From positions 26,632 through 90,631 of the forward strand of contig JAFTKS010000012.1 in NCBI GenBank assembly GCA_017453125.1: a DNA stretch of 64,000 nucleotides, written 5' to 3'. How positions within the stretch are numbered: position 1 is the first letter of the stretch; the number at the start of each line of letters is the position of its first letter. Below, piece after piece: positions 8,514 through 18,200 of the stretch. The stretch comes from Clostridia bacterium. Lineage in GTDB: Bacteria; Bacillota; Clostridia; Christensenellales; UBA1242. The position numbers and the translations under genes were made by a program. The notes under the pieces were generated by a model. The model had not been told where the DNA came from and did not search any database. It saw nothing but the letters and a program-made list of their open reading frames with translations.

Positions 8514-11123
8514 TTATATCACTTCAAAGTATATCATAAAATTGTTGGATTTTGTGCTATTTAGAGAAGATTTGTTTAAAATTTCATCAATTTTTTTCTT
8601 TGTTTCTCTATTTATCCTTGATTTCATAATGAATTCATTGTCTTTCATCTCAAATAATTGCTCTGAAAGTTCATTTATTTTTTGATTTTTTGCAAGTCCT
8701 TCACCAAAATTATCATTTGATGTAGAATTTCTTACTTTATCAATTTCTCTTTGCAAGTCTTTGATTTGCTTTTCAAATTTTGCTTTTTCATTTTCTGCCA
8801 ACATCTGTATATGAGAAATTGGTAATTTTGAACTCTTATCCATTTCAGCCTTTAATGGCTCTGTAATGGTCGAAATTATATTTTCAAAGGATTTATCCAA
8901 TTCTTCTTTAATTTGGTCTGGAATGTCAATATTTTCGCTAAAATCAACACATTCAAGATCAAGTATCTCATCACATTGTTCATTGTTAAGATAATTACCT
9001 TTATCATCAATACCAACACATCTTGTTGCCCTAGTCCAGTTAAAAGCATAAGACACATTTAAACCATAGCTTGCAATATATCCTTTCATTCCTTTAAGTT
9101 TTTGATTGTCAGACTTTAAAATCAATTTACTAGGTTTTAAAAAGAATGAATTTGTCAAATTACTCAACATACTTTGACAAGGTTCTGAACCTAATGTAAA
9201 TGGTCTATACTTTTCATCATTTACTAATGAGAATTTGAATGGATAAGCAAATGGATTTTTATTATGCCATGCGGTTTTTGCTTCAAATGTATTTTCATCT
9301 ATAAAGCTATCTTTATAGTAAAATCTAGCCAAATCTTTAACAATATCCTCTAATTCAGATACTTTCCTTTTAATGATTTCAGCCATATTTCTAGTGCTTT
9401 CAACCAATTTTCTATCAAAAGTATTGAAAAGAATATCATTAGATTGAGCCTTTATATCTTCAAGTTCTTGTTTAAATTCTTCACTAAGTTCAGAGAATTC
9501 GATTTGAACTTCTTTTTTCTTTCTTATACTTTCTAGTGTATCTTTGATATTTTCTTCTATTTCACCATCAACTGCACCAGATATAATTGTATCGCTAGCG
9601 CCAATGATATTATTTGATATATTTAATCTCTTATAAAACAACTCATACATTCTAACATCTGAAAAGTTTTCCGGACATATAAAGTTGATTACAAAAACAT
9701 CAGTTTGTTGGCCAATTCTATGACATCTTGATATTCTTTGTTCCATATCAAGCAATACTTGTGGAAAGTCATAATTAATAACAAAAGCACTTTCTTGCCA
9801 GTTTAAGCTCTCATTTCCTTTGTCTGTTGATATTAGAATACTTGGTTTATCACTTCTTAAGAATTTGTCAATTGGTTCATTATCAGTTGTCCCATTAAAG
9901 GAATTTACACTATAATCAGTCTTTGACATCAAAAGTTTGTGTAAGTGTTCTTGTGATTGAGTATTACCAGTAAATATAACACATTTCTTTGCAATACCTT
10001 TTCTATGAAATGTTGAGAATGTTTGTTGTAAAGCCCTTAAAAGATATTCATCTTTAGTATTAATTTGTATAGATGTGGCAATATTTAACATATCCCTTAT
10101 TTCTTTTGCTTCAGCAAGGTTTTCTTCAGTAGCGTGTTTATTTAATCTTGTATAAATACCACTTAATGTTTTTGATAAAGCATAAGCTGAAGATGATAAG
10201 GTTCCATAAAACATTAAAGATAGTTCATAAGGGTCCATTTCTGGAAATGCTTGTTTAGTAGGTTTTGCAACATATTTTTCTATTAGAGAATAAAGTTCTC
10301 TTTCTTTATCAGTCATATTGTAAATTTGAGTTAAAATTTGTCTTTCTGGTAATTTAGTTTCAACTTTAACTTGACTTCTTAAAGTTCTAAAAGTATATGG
10401 CGCAATTATATCCCTTAACTCTGGATAGTTTTCTGGTTTTCTAAAGTATTTTTTATGAAATTCATCATAATCAGTAAATACATTATCATCAATAAAATTG
10501 ATTAAACCAAATATATCATCTTCATTCTTTTGAATAGGTGTTGCAGTTAGTAAAATCTTTTTAGCATTTGGAATGATAGAAAGAATTGTATCTGCTGTCT
10601 TGTTCTCTTTTATTTTGTAAGTTCTAAATCTATGAGCTTCATCTAAAATGCAAAGTTGCCAATCAAACTCTCTAAATTTATCAGCATTTGCATTAATATA
10701 ATCATAAGTTGTAAGAACTATCCCCTTTTCAAACTTTTGTAAACTTTGAATGTAATTTTCTGATACTGCTCTTTCTTTAGTATCAAGAAGATAACAACGG
10801 AAATTAAAAGTTCTTATTATACTTCTTAACCAATTATCTACTGTTGGTGTTGGAACAACAACCAGTATTTTATTGTTATTTACATTGTATTGTGAAAGGA
10901 TTAACAATGCTTCCATTGTCTTACCAAGACCTGCCTCATCAGCAAGAATAAAACCTTTTACAAAAGGATTTGACAAAGCAAAAGTTGACGCATAGATTTG
11001 ATGTGAAAAAATCTCGATACCACTTCTTAAATATTGTGGCACCAAACTTTCCATTTTGCCTAGCGTCAAGTCTTTTTGCAATTTTTCAATTACATGATAA
11101 GCCTGTATTTTGTTATTTATCAC
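8514..11123 (-). CDS. SNF2-family helicase/ATPase
   Basis: ILADEAGLGKT, ILDEAHR, LLTATPIQ, INYDFP..MEQRISRCHRIGQ. Start moved to GTG 11123 (AAGGA RBS 7 nt upstream); track gives TTG 11150. Confidence 0.9.
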   Translation of the reverse strand: MINNKIQAYHVIEKLQKDLTLGKMESLVPQYLRSGIEIFSHQIYASTFALSNPFVKGFILADEAGLGKTMEALLILSQYNVNNNKILVVVPTPTVDNWLRSIIRTFNFRCYLLDTKERAVSENYIQSLQKFEKGIVLTTYDYINANADKFREFDWQLCILDEAHRFRTYKIKENKTADTILSIIPNAKKILLTATPIQKNEDDIFGLINFIDDNVFTDYDEFHKKYFRKPENYPELRDIIAPYTFRTLRSQVKVETKLPERQILTQIYNMTDKERELYSLIEKYVAKPTKQAFPEMDPYELSLMFYGTLSSSAYALSKTLSGIYTRLNKHATEENLAEAKEIRDMLNIATSIQINTKDEYLLRALQQTFSTFHRKGIAKKCVIFTGNTQSQEHLHKLLMSKTDYSVNSFNGTTDNEPIDKFLRSDKPSILISTDKGNESLNWQESAFVINYDFPQVLLDMEQRISRCHRIGQQTDVFVINFICPENFSDVRMYELFYKRLNISNNIIGASDTIISGAVDGEIEENIKDTLESIRKKKEVQIEFSELSEEFKQELEDIKAQSNDILFNTFDRKLVESTRNMAEIIKRKVSELEDIVKDLARFYYKDSFIDENTFEAKTAWHNKNPFAYPFKFSLVNDEKYRPFTLGSEPCQSMLSNLTNSFFLKPSKLILKSDNQKLKGMKGYIASYGLNVSYAFNWTRATRCVGIDDKGNYLNNEQCDEILDLECVDFSENIDIPDQIKEELDKSFENIISTITEPLKAEMDKSSKLPISHIQMLAENEKAKFEKQIKDLQREIDKVRNSTSNDNFGEGLAKNQKINELSEQLFEMKDNEFIMKSRINRETKKKIDEILNKSSLNSTKSNNFMIYFEVI

Positions 11124-11157
11124 TTGAAAGTCCTTTTTAAATTTTATCAATGTAAAG

Positions 11158-11180
11158 ATTATATCATATAAATATGATAT
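11158..11180 (-). promoter_or_regulatory. Extended -10 promoter overlapped by palindrome ATATCATAT-AA-ATATGATAT
   Basis: Minus strand TGA-TATAAT at 11166-11158; perfect 9-bp inverted repeat at 11161-11180, upstream of the SNF2 gene. Confidence 0.5.
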
Positions 11181-11202
11181 TTTGTCGATTTTTCAAAATT
11201 TT

Positions 11203-11976
11203 TTAATCTAATTTGAAAACTTTTTGTTGTGGATTAGCCTCAACAAATAAATCTATTAATTTGTCATATACTTTTTCAGCAAGTTCTTCTTGTGTAAATG
11301 CGTCAAGAATATAAGCACCGCCCAAGAAAGATATATATTTCATAATTTCATAGTTGAATTTAGAACTATAATTACCCCCATCTTCAACGAACTTTTTAAT
11401 TGCTCTTAAGATAGCAAGTCTAATTGTTTTAGAATTAGAGTAATTTCTGAATATCATTTTTTCTAATATTTCTGGTATTTGGAAACAGAAATCTGTAAGT
11501 TCGTAAGGATTTTCTAAAGTTTCATCATAAGTAAATTTTACTTGCCAGAATAATTTTGCAATTCCATGAAAGAACAAACTTCTTTTATATGTATATTTGA
11601 ATAACCATCTATATTCTAATCTTGTTGTTCCCTTATCTTCGCAAGGGTTCCATCTATACATCAAGAAATCATATAATTTTCCAAAACCAAGACTTACCCA
11701 TAGTCTTTCATCACATAAAACACTATCTGGTAAATGTTTTAGATTTTCATATAAGATTTTAGCATTTTCACAATCAGTTTCTTGTTTATTTTCTTTATTT
11801 GTAATAAGTTCAAAGTTTTTAATTGTATATTTTGAACTTGTAAAAGGTTCTTCCTCTTTGAAAAAGTCTTTTAACCATTCATTATTAGGACATTCAGACA
11901 TCACATTTTTTATAGTTGAAAGATTAGTTTTCAAAGCAATAATTTTATCTTCAGATAATATTTTAATAGCTTCCAT
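11203..11976 (-). CDS. DUF6339-like protein
   Basis: NAKILYENL..DERLWVSL..YRW..RSLFFHGIAKLFW..ENPYELT resembles DUF6339 from memory; coupled to the upstream gene by a TAATG overlap. Confidence 0.6.
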   Translation of the reverse strand: MEAIKILSEDKIIALKTNLSTIKNVMSECPNNEWLKDFFKEEEPFTSSKYTIKNFELITNKENKQETDCENAKILYENLKHLPDSVLCDERLWVSLGFGKLYDFLMYRWNPCEDKGTTRLEYRWLFKYTYKRSLFFHGIAKLFWQVKFTYDETLENPYELTDFCFQIPEILEKMIFRNYSNSKTIRLAILRAIKKFVEDGGNYSSKFNYEIMKYISFLGGAYILDAFTQEELAEKVYDKLIDLFVEANPQQKVFKLD

Positions 11977-12851
11977 TATTCTTCATCTCCTCCTGTTTTT
12001 GCAATATTTTGAATGTCAGTAATACCTCTACAAATTGTATTTTCCATAATCTTTTGAGATACTTCAAAAGAATTCATACCTTCTAAACTTTCAACATCAA
12101 AGTCTAAACCTAATTTAATCACAGCCTTTTTTAGTGCCCTAGCCCATCTTCTATCGCTATATTGCATAAAGAATTCTGGATTTTTAAGGTCCTCAAAGCA
12201 TTTCATAAGTGCTGGTATAATAATCATTGAGTGAATAATTGACTTTGTTGCTGGATTATTCATAGCAATCTTAAATTGATTAAATTCTTCTTCTGGTAAT
12301 TGAATATTGATTTTGTTGCCTGTGTTGTCTATTACAATACCAACTCTTTCTTTATCTTTAATTTCAGTAACCGCAAAGATTGACGGAACATTTGAAAGGT
12401 CATCATTTTCTTTTTCAACTGTTAGCGATACTTCTTGTCCTACAGCAAGGATATTTCCTTTTTCTAACTCAAATGATAAATCTCTATAATCTTTATTAAA
12501 TTTCTCATTAGAATATCCATTAATATTTTGTAATGCAATAATAAACGGACAAAAATATATTACACCTTCAACCTTGTCTGCTGGTATTTTATAAACAAGA
12601 CCTGCCTCATCAATATTGATTAGTTCTCTATAACTTGTAGCACCACACTCTATATGAACTACAAATCCTGCCTTTTTCTCATTAATAAGAGTTTTTATAC
12701 CCTTATTACTTAATATTGGTGTAAAGTTTACTATAATTTCACTTGGCGAACATTGTGTGGTAATTTCAATGTTAAAATCACTTTCAACATAGTCATTATT
12801 GAAAGTTGGCGCTAACACCGGATATGGATATAATTTAGCCTTTATACGCAT
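11976..12851 (-). CDS. Uncharacterised 291-aa protein (N-terminal YPYPVL motif)
   Basis: Long ORF overlapping both neighbours; beta-rich N-terminal half, helical C-terminal half. Confidence 0.8.
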   Translation of the reverse strand: MRIKAKLYPYPVLAPTFNNDYVESDFNIEITTQCSPSEIIVNFTPILSNKGIKTLINEKKAGFVVHIECGATSYRELINIDEAGLVYKIPADKVEGVIYFCPFIIALQNINGYSNEKFNKDYRDLSFELEKGNILAVGQEVSLTVEKENDDLSNVPSIFAVTEIKDKERVGIVIDNTGNKINIQLPEEEFNQFKIAMNNPATKSIIHSMIIIPALMKCFEDLKNPEFFMQYSDRRWARALKKAVIKLGLDFDVESLEGMNSFEVSQKIMENTICRGITDIQNIAKTGGDEE

Positions 12852-14760
12852 ACAATTTCACCCCCATAGTTGAATATTCTTCTACATCAAGTTTAAGGTC
12901 AACTGAGATTTGATTATCTTCTTCAAATCTAAAGTAACCAACTCTATTTCTTCTACAAATAAGTTCTGTATCGTTCTTTATTCCAAGAACATTTATAGCC
13001 ATTTTTTCATTTTGTTCAGCAATCTTAAAGATTTCAATAAATCCTTTAAAAGTTGTTACTGTTGGTGTGAAAAGCAATCTATAAAGTCTTTCTTTTTTAT
13101 TGATACAAATAATTCTTACTTGTTTAGATTTTACATAAATTGATTTTTGGCCATTCATTTCATCACTATCATCAAGACCAACATCTTCGGTATCTCTATC
13201 CCCTTGACCACTAGGTTTATGACCATCATGTTCAAAACCTTGTCCATCATCACCATCTACAACTGAACCTTCGGTTGCTTCGGTGCTTTCCAAATCATCA
13301 CCAAGTTCATCTGTTTCAAGGTTTGCAACAGATTCCACCTTTTTATGTATTTGAAAATCAATATCAATGATTTTATTTAAAGTTTCTTTTTCATGAACTT
13401 TTTGTTTACCTTCATCAATATCATTATCTTCATCTGGAAGATACTCACCTGCACCTTCAATATCAATCTCACCACTAAAAGCCTTTGACGCTTCTTCAGT
13501 AAGTTTATTTGTAATAAGTTCAAATAATTGTTTTAATAAACCTTTTGCCATTGTAGGATTTTTCTCATATCTTTCTGGCAACCACTTTGTATGTGCTGGA
13601 TTTTCTAAATTTCTCAAGAATGTATTAAGTTCATCACCACAAATAATACCAATTCCTGCAAATCTTAATGACGGACAAAGACCTGTTTTATCCATAATCT
13701 TCATTCCAGAACTTCTAATCATTGATATTTTGTTAGAACCATCATATCTAATTGCAAAAGCAAGTTTGATATTTCCTAATGAAATTCCTTGTGGATATTC
13801 AAATGGTAGATTTATCCATTCTGTCTTTTCATTAGATAGAATTTCATAGTTTTGAATAGTAGTTTCAGATAATGACTTTTTGTATGTTGCAACTACATCA
13901 GCAAGTGTGCTTTTGTTTACTCTATATGAGTTAACAACAATCTCAAGTTTATTATCCCAAATGGCCATTAAAAAGCCGTCTAGCACTTCAGCAATAATGC
14001 TAGATTTAAAATCTTCTGACATATTAGAAAAACCAGAAATAAAAATATCTGTTCCATATTCTTTTCTTGTGAAAGATTTGTCAAGGTTTAACATCTCTGG
14101 ACTATGTAAAATGTTGTAACCATTATCTATACCATAATAACCGGTTCCTTGAGAAATATTATCACTTTGGTCTTTATTTACGCCAAGTTTAAATGATGTA
14201 AGTTTACTTACACCTTTATTTGCTTTTAGACCATCTATATCATAAGTGCTATAAAATACCGTTCTAAAATCTGAACAAGCGAAAGGTGCATTTTTACCAA
14301 TACCAAAAGAACCACCTTTTGAGTCCCCCTTTTCAGGAGCTCCAGATGAATTAATTAAGTTATCCCAATCACTACTTGTTTTTGAGTTAGAACCTCTTAA
14401 ACCTGTGGTATTAAAATCACTTATTCTTAAGAAATTGATTTTAGGTGCATTTAATCTTTCTATTGCTCTTGTAAAGAAATTTTTAGATTTTTGGTTTGGA
14501 TTGCTTTCCCAATATTCTAAACACTTATTCAAAACATCATTAAATCCCTTTTTATCTGGAAATTCATCAGACGCAATAGAAAATGTATTGAATTCAACAA
14601 CAACCGTTTTCTTATCATGTGCTGCGTCTAATGAGTTTTGACAAATTTCTCTTGCCAAAGATTTTACAGGCGTATCTTTAAAAGTTTCAATACCTGAATT
14701 GTTTAGTCCTTGTTTTTCACCACCATTACTTGACGGAAAACACCATTTAATGTTACTCAT
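12835..14760 (-). CDS. GHKL (HSP90/MORC-like) ATPase domain protein
   Basis: SLAREICQNSLDA (motif I), ISDFNTTGL (motif II variant), GGSFGIGK (motif III); acidic linker then a beta-rich C-terminal domain; RBS AAGGAG. Confidence 0.8.
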   Translation of the reverse strand: MSNIKWCFPSSNGGEKQGLNNSGIETFKDTPVKSLAREICQNSLDAAHDKKTVVVEFNTFSIASDEFPDKKGFNDVLNKCLEYWESNPNQKSKNFFTRAIERLNAPKINFLRISDFNTTGLRGSNSKTSSDWDNLINSSGAPEKGDSKGGSFGIGKNAPFACSDFRTVFYSTYDIDGLKANKGVSKLTSFKLGVNKDQSDNISQGTGYYGIDNGYNILHSPEMLNLDKSFTRKEYGTDIFISGFSNMSEDFKSSIIAEVLDGFLMAIWDNKLEIVVNSYRVNKSTLADVVATYKKSLSETTIQNYEILSNEKTEWINLPFEYPQGISLGNIKLAFAIRYDGSNKISMIRSSGMKIMDKTGLCPSLRFAGIGIICGDELNTFLRNLENPAHTKWLPERYEKNPTMAKGLLKQLFELITNKLTEEASKAFSGEIDIEGAGEYLPDEDNDIDEGKQKVHEKETLNKIIDIDFQIHKKVESVANLETDELGDDLESTEATEGSVVDGDDGQGFEHDGHKPSGQGDRDTEDVGLDDSDEMNGQKSIYVKSKQVRIICINKKERLYRLLFTPTVTTFKGFIEIFKIAEQNEKMAINVLGIKNDTELICRRNRVGYFRFEEDNQISVDLKLDVEEYSTMGVKLYAYKG

Positions 14761-14772
14761 ATTTTTTCTCCT

Positions 14773-14835
14773 TTACTTCCATTGACCTGTTATAAGTAAA
14801 TATATATACCCTATACAAATGAATAAATATATCAT
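14773..14835 (-). CDS. 20-aa hydrophobic sORF MIYLFICIGYIYLLITGQWK
   Basis: Not in the track. AGGAG RBS overlaps the upstream TAG, 5 nt before ATG; its TAA overlaps the AAGGAG RBS of the ATPase gene. Confidence 0.45.
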   Translation of the reverse strand: MIYLFICIGYIYLLITGQWK

Positions 14836-14843
14836 ATTAACTC

Positions 14844-15065
14844 CTATAATAGTGTGAACTTATCTCCACCACCTATCTTTTGAAATTGCTTTTTAGCTTC
14901 AGCAATTTCACTCTCAAGAGCTTTAAAAATTTTATCTACATCTTTTTGTGTGTAATCATACACAGATGTATTAGATAAATTTCCAAGCAATCTAATCATT
15001 TCAAGAGCTTTATTTGTTCTATTCTCTGCCAAGCGCACAAATTTATCTCTTTTGCTTTCTGCCAT
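14844..15065 (-). CDS. Conserved 73-aa helical protein (KRDKFVRLAENRTNKALEMIRLLGNLSN)
   Basis: GGAGG RBS and a strong promoter upstream; I recall this family from methyltransferase and defence loci, function unknown. Confidence 0.8.
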   Translation of the reverse strand: MAESKRDKFVRLAENRTNKALEMIRLLGNLSNTSVYDYTQKDVDKIFKALESEIAEAKKQFQKIGGGDKFTLL

Positions 15066-15099
15066 TTTAATCCTCCAACATACAATTTTTGTTGTAATT

Positions 15100-15128
15100 A
15101 TACTAGCATAGCACTCTCAATTTGTCAA
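15100..15128 (-). promoter_or_regulatory. SigA-type promoter of the 73-aa/GHKL operon
   Basis: TTGACA (15128-15123), 17-nt spacer ending TGC, TAGTAT (15105-15100). Confidence 0.7.
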
Positions 15129-15149
15129 TACATTTCTAAAATATTTTCA

Positions 15150-15188
15150 TAATATTTTGAAAATGTTAGTAATATTTTGAAAATGTTA
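15150..15188. repeat. Direct repeat TAATATTTTGAAAATGTTA x2, period 20
   Basis: 15150-15168 and 15170-15188 are identical; located just upstream of the -35 element. Confidence 0.8.
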
Positions 15189-15207
15189 AATAAAAAGAGC
15201 CTATTGA

Positions 15208-18200
15208 TTAACTCAATAAGCCCTTGTTTTGTAGGTATCTAACAAATAAAACATCATTCATTTCCAATTTGTCTTTTAAGTATGATTTTAATTCATCAAT
15301 ATTCTCTGCTGGTATTGATTTTAAAACAAACAATGGTTCACCATTTCTCATTTGGTTTTCAGTTTGCATAACTTTGATTTTTGTTGAGAATTTATTAATA
15401 CAACTATATAGTAACCAATCAGTCCACTTGACATCATTTGGCAAGAACCCGTAGTTCTTAAATCTAGAAGCAACAATAAATCCGTCTTTATCCATAGTAG
15501 ATAATAATACATTTTCAGCCACTTGTGCATTGTATTTGTTTAGTTTTGACTTCTCAACAGATATAATTGTTTCTTTATCTTTAAAGACATACTCATCTTT
15601 CATTTCATTTATATATTGAGTTATAGAAGCAAGATATAATCTATTTTCAGTAATATAAGATGTAAAATCAGAAATTTTTATTTCGTCATGTTGTCTTAAG
15701 AAATCCGTTATTCTATCTGCTCTACTTAAGATTTTTACACCTTTATTTGCAAAATATGGTCTTAAGAACTCAAAATCATTAGCAAAAAGACATTTTATAA
15801 TGCTAAACAATTTGAATTGACTATCAATATTATATTTAGACATAAGGTCTGAATGTTTTAAATCTAAAATCATTAATAGTTCGTGTGAGCTATGTGATTT
15901 ATTGTCTGAACAAAGATTTATTATAGATGATTTTAGCAAATTTTTATCTTCATCAGTCATATTCAAATTATCTGCGTGCATATAAGATTTTTGACAACAT
16001 ATAATTTCATCACCCGACAAAGTATTATATAAAATACTGTCCATAACTTCTGGAAATTCATCTTTTAATTCATCAAAAGTAACTTCTCTATTATCTTTAA
16101 TGTAAGATATAATTCTTTCTCTAACATGACCAATTTCAACGCCTTTATTTGCAAAATATGGTCTGCGGAATTCATATTGTTCTTGTAAGTAATATTGAAT
16201 TATACTAAACAACTTAAATTGATTGTCTATATTGTATTTTTGCAATAGTGATTTATTATGTTTTGTTAAATAATCAAACAATACATGAGTGTTAGAATAT
16301 TCATTTTCTAACAATAGCTCATCAATTGCCAATGCAAATATCTCACTATCAGACTTATCCATGTTTAATTTATCAACATGAATGTATGTTCCAGATAATT
16401 TTATAATATTTCCATTTGTTAATCCTGTAATAATAACACTATATGGAACATTTTTAAATTCATTCATAACTTGGTCAATTGACACTTCTCTTTCAGCCTG
16501 TTTTACATAATTATAAATATCATTATAGATACTTGTAGATTCCCCTGTTTTACTAATATAATCTCTAGAGAAGAAAAGTTTATTATAATAAAGTTCTTTT
16601 AAAACACCTTGTAAATGATATTTATTATCTATGCCCTCTGCCTTAAGTTCATTTTCAAAAGTTGCATATAACGTGTTTGTAAGGAAAATATCTCTATTAC
16701 TTTCTTGTATATAGTTATAAATTTTGTTTGCTAATTCATCAGAAATGTATTTTTCTTTCTTTAAGGCATATTTACCCTTTCCAACCAAATAACAACTAGC
16801 AACTATTCTTCCATATAAAGCTCTATCATTTTCTGGTATTTGATTATCATTAAAGGTTTTAGCATATTCAGCCCTAAATATATCTAAATCTTCTTTTTCA
16901 TATATTCTAATTCCATTTGGAAATGCCTTTGCAAGTATTTGTTTATATTTAAGAAGCAATCCCATTCTGTTTCTAGAATAAACTGTTCCGTTTTGTTTAA
17001 AATCTAATCTTAATATTTTTTCAATAATATCTAACGGTATTCTAACACCAATACTTTCTAGATATTTAGAACACTCATGAATAGTTGTTTTAAATTGTTC
17101 TTCAGTTAAAACACCTTCAATTCTATCAACAATACTTAATATCTCTTTATACCAATCAGTATTGTCTATAAAGTAATAAATATCAAGATCTTCAAGATAT
17201 TCAATATCATCACACTCTTCTTTTTTAAGTAAGTAATAAAAGAGCTCTGGATAAAAGTTAAAAATTGAACCCACATCATCTATTGTCATATACCATTCAT
17301 TTTTAACAAATGCTCTGATTAGTCTGGTCAATGTGCCATTTGCGGAATTATAGAATGAAGCAAACAATTCATCATATTTTTCTTCAATTTGCTGAATACC
17401 TTGTCTTGTATTACCATACATTTCACCAATTCGTTTTAGATTTTGACCTTGTGATCTTAACAACAATACTTCAACGTATTTTTCCCATTTTGAATTAGGA
17501 ACATTAGACGCATTTACTCTTTGTAGCAATAACTTAAATTTCTCATTTAAGAATGCTGGTAAACTTTGTTGTAATACTTTTACATAGTTTGTTATTACCT
17601 GATTATAATCAATTAAGAATGCTAAATTTTCTTCTTTTTCATTTATCAAATCTTCTACGGTATCATATTTTACTAGCGCTGGTAAGACCTCAAAAGGTAA
17701 AATATGTTTAATCTTTGCTTTTTTGTTATCATTATGTATATTTGATAATAATTGCTTTAAGTTCTTGCAGAAATCAGCAACTTCTTTTTTCTTTCTCAAT
17801 TCTTCAACATACATATCTAATAATTCTGTTAAAGAATTCTCATCATTTAAAACTTCCAAAAATTCTTCTTCTGAAAATAAATTTATAAAACCAAAAAGAA
17901 CATTATAATCTTCTTCATTAATAAATTTATCAATATCTGGATTAATCAGTTCTATATTTACATTATAATCTGGCACAAGTTCTTTAATTAAATTATTAAA
18001 TGAAATATAAGAATTTAAGCCATTTTTTGCTAGATATTGCAAACATTCCACACCTAGACCTTTTACAACTTTAATCCACTTTTCTCTATCTTTTAAAAGA
18101 TATTTTTTAAGGTCAAGTGTTTTTCCTTTCTGTTCACTTTCTGGTGTATTTTGTATTAAAAGTTGTTGCACAACACTTTTTAAAACAAACTTATCTGTTT

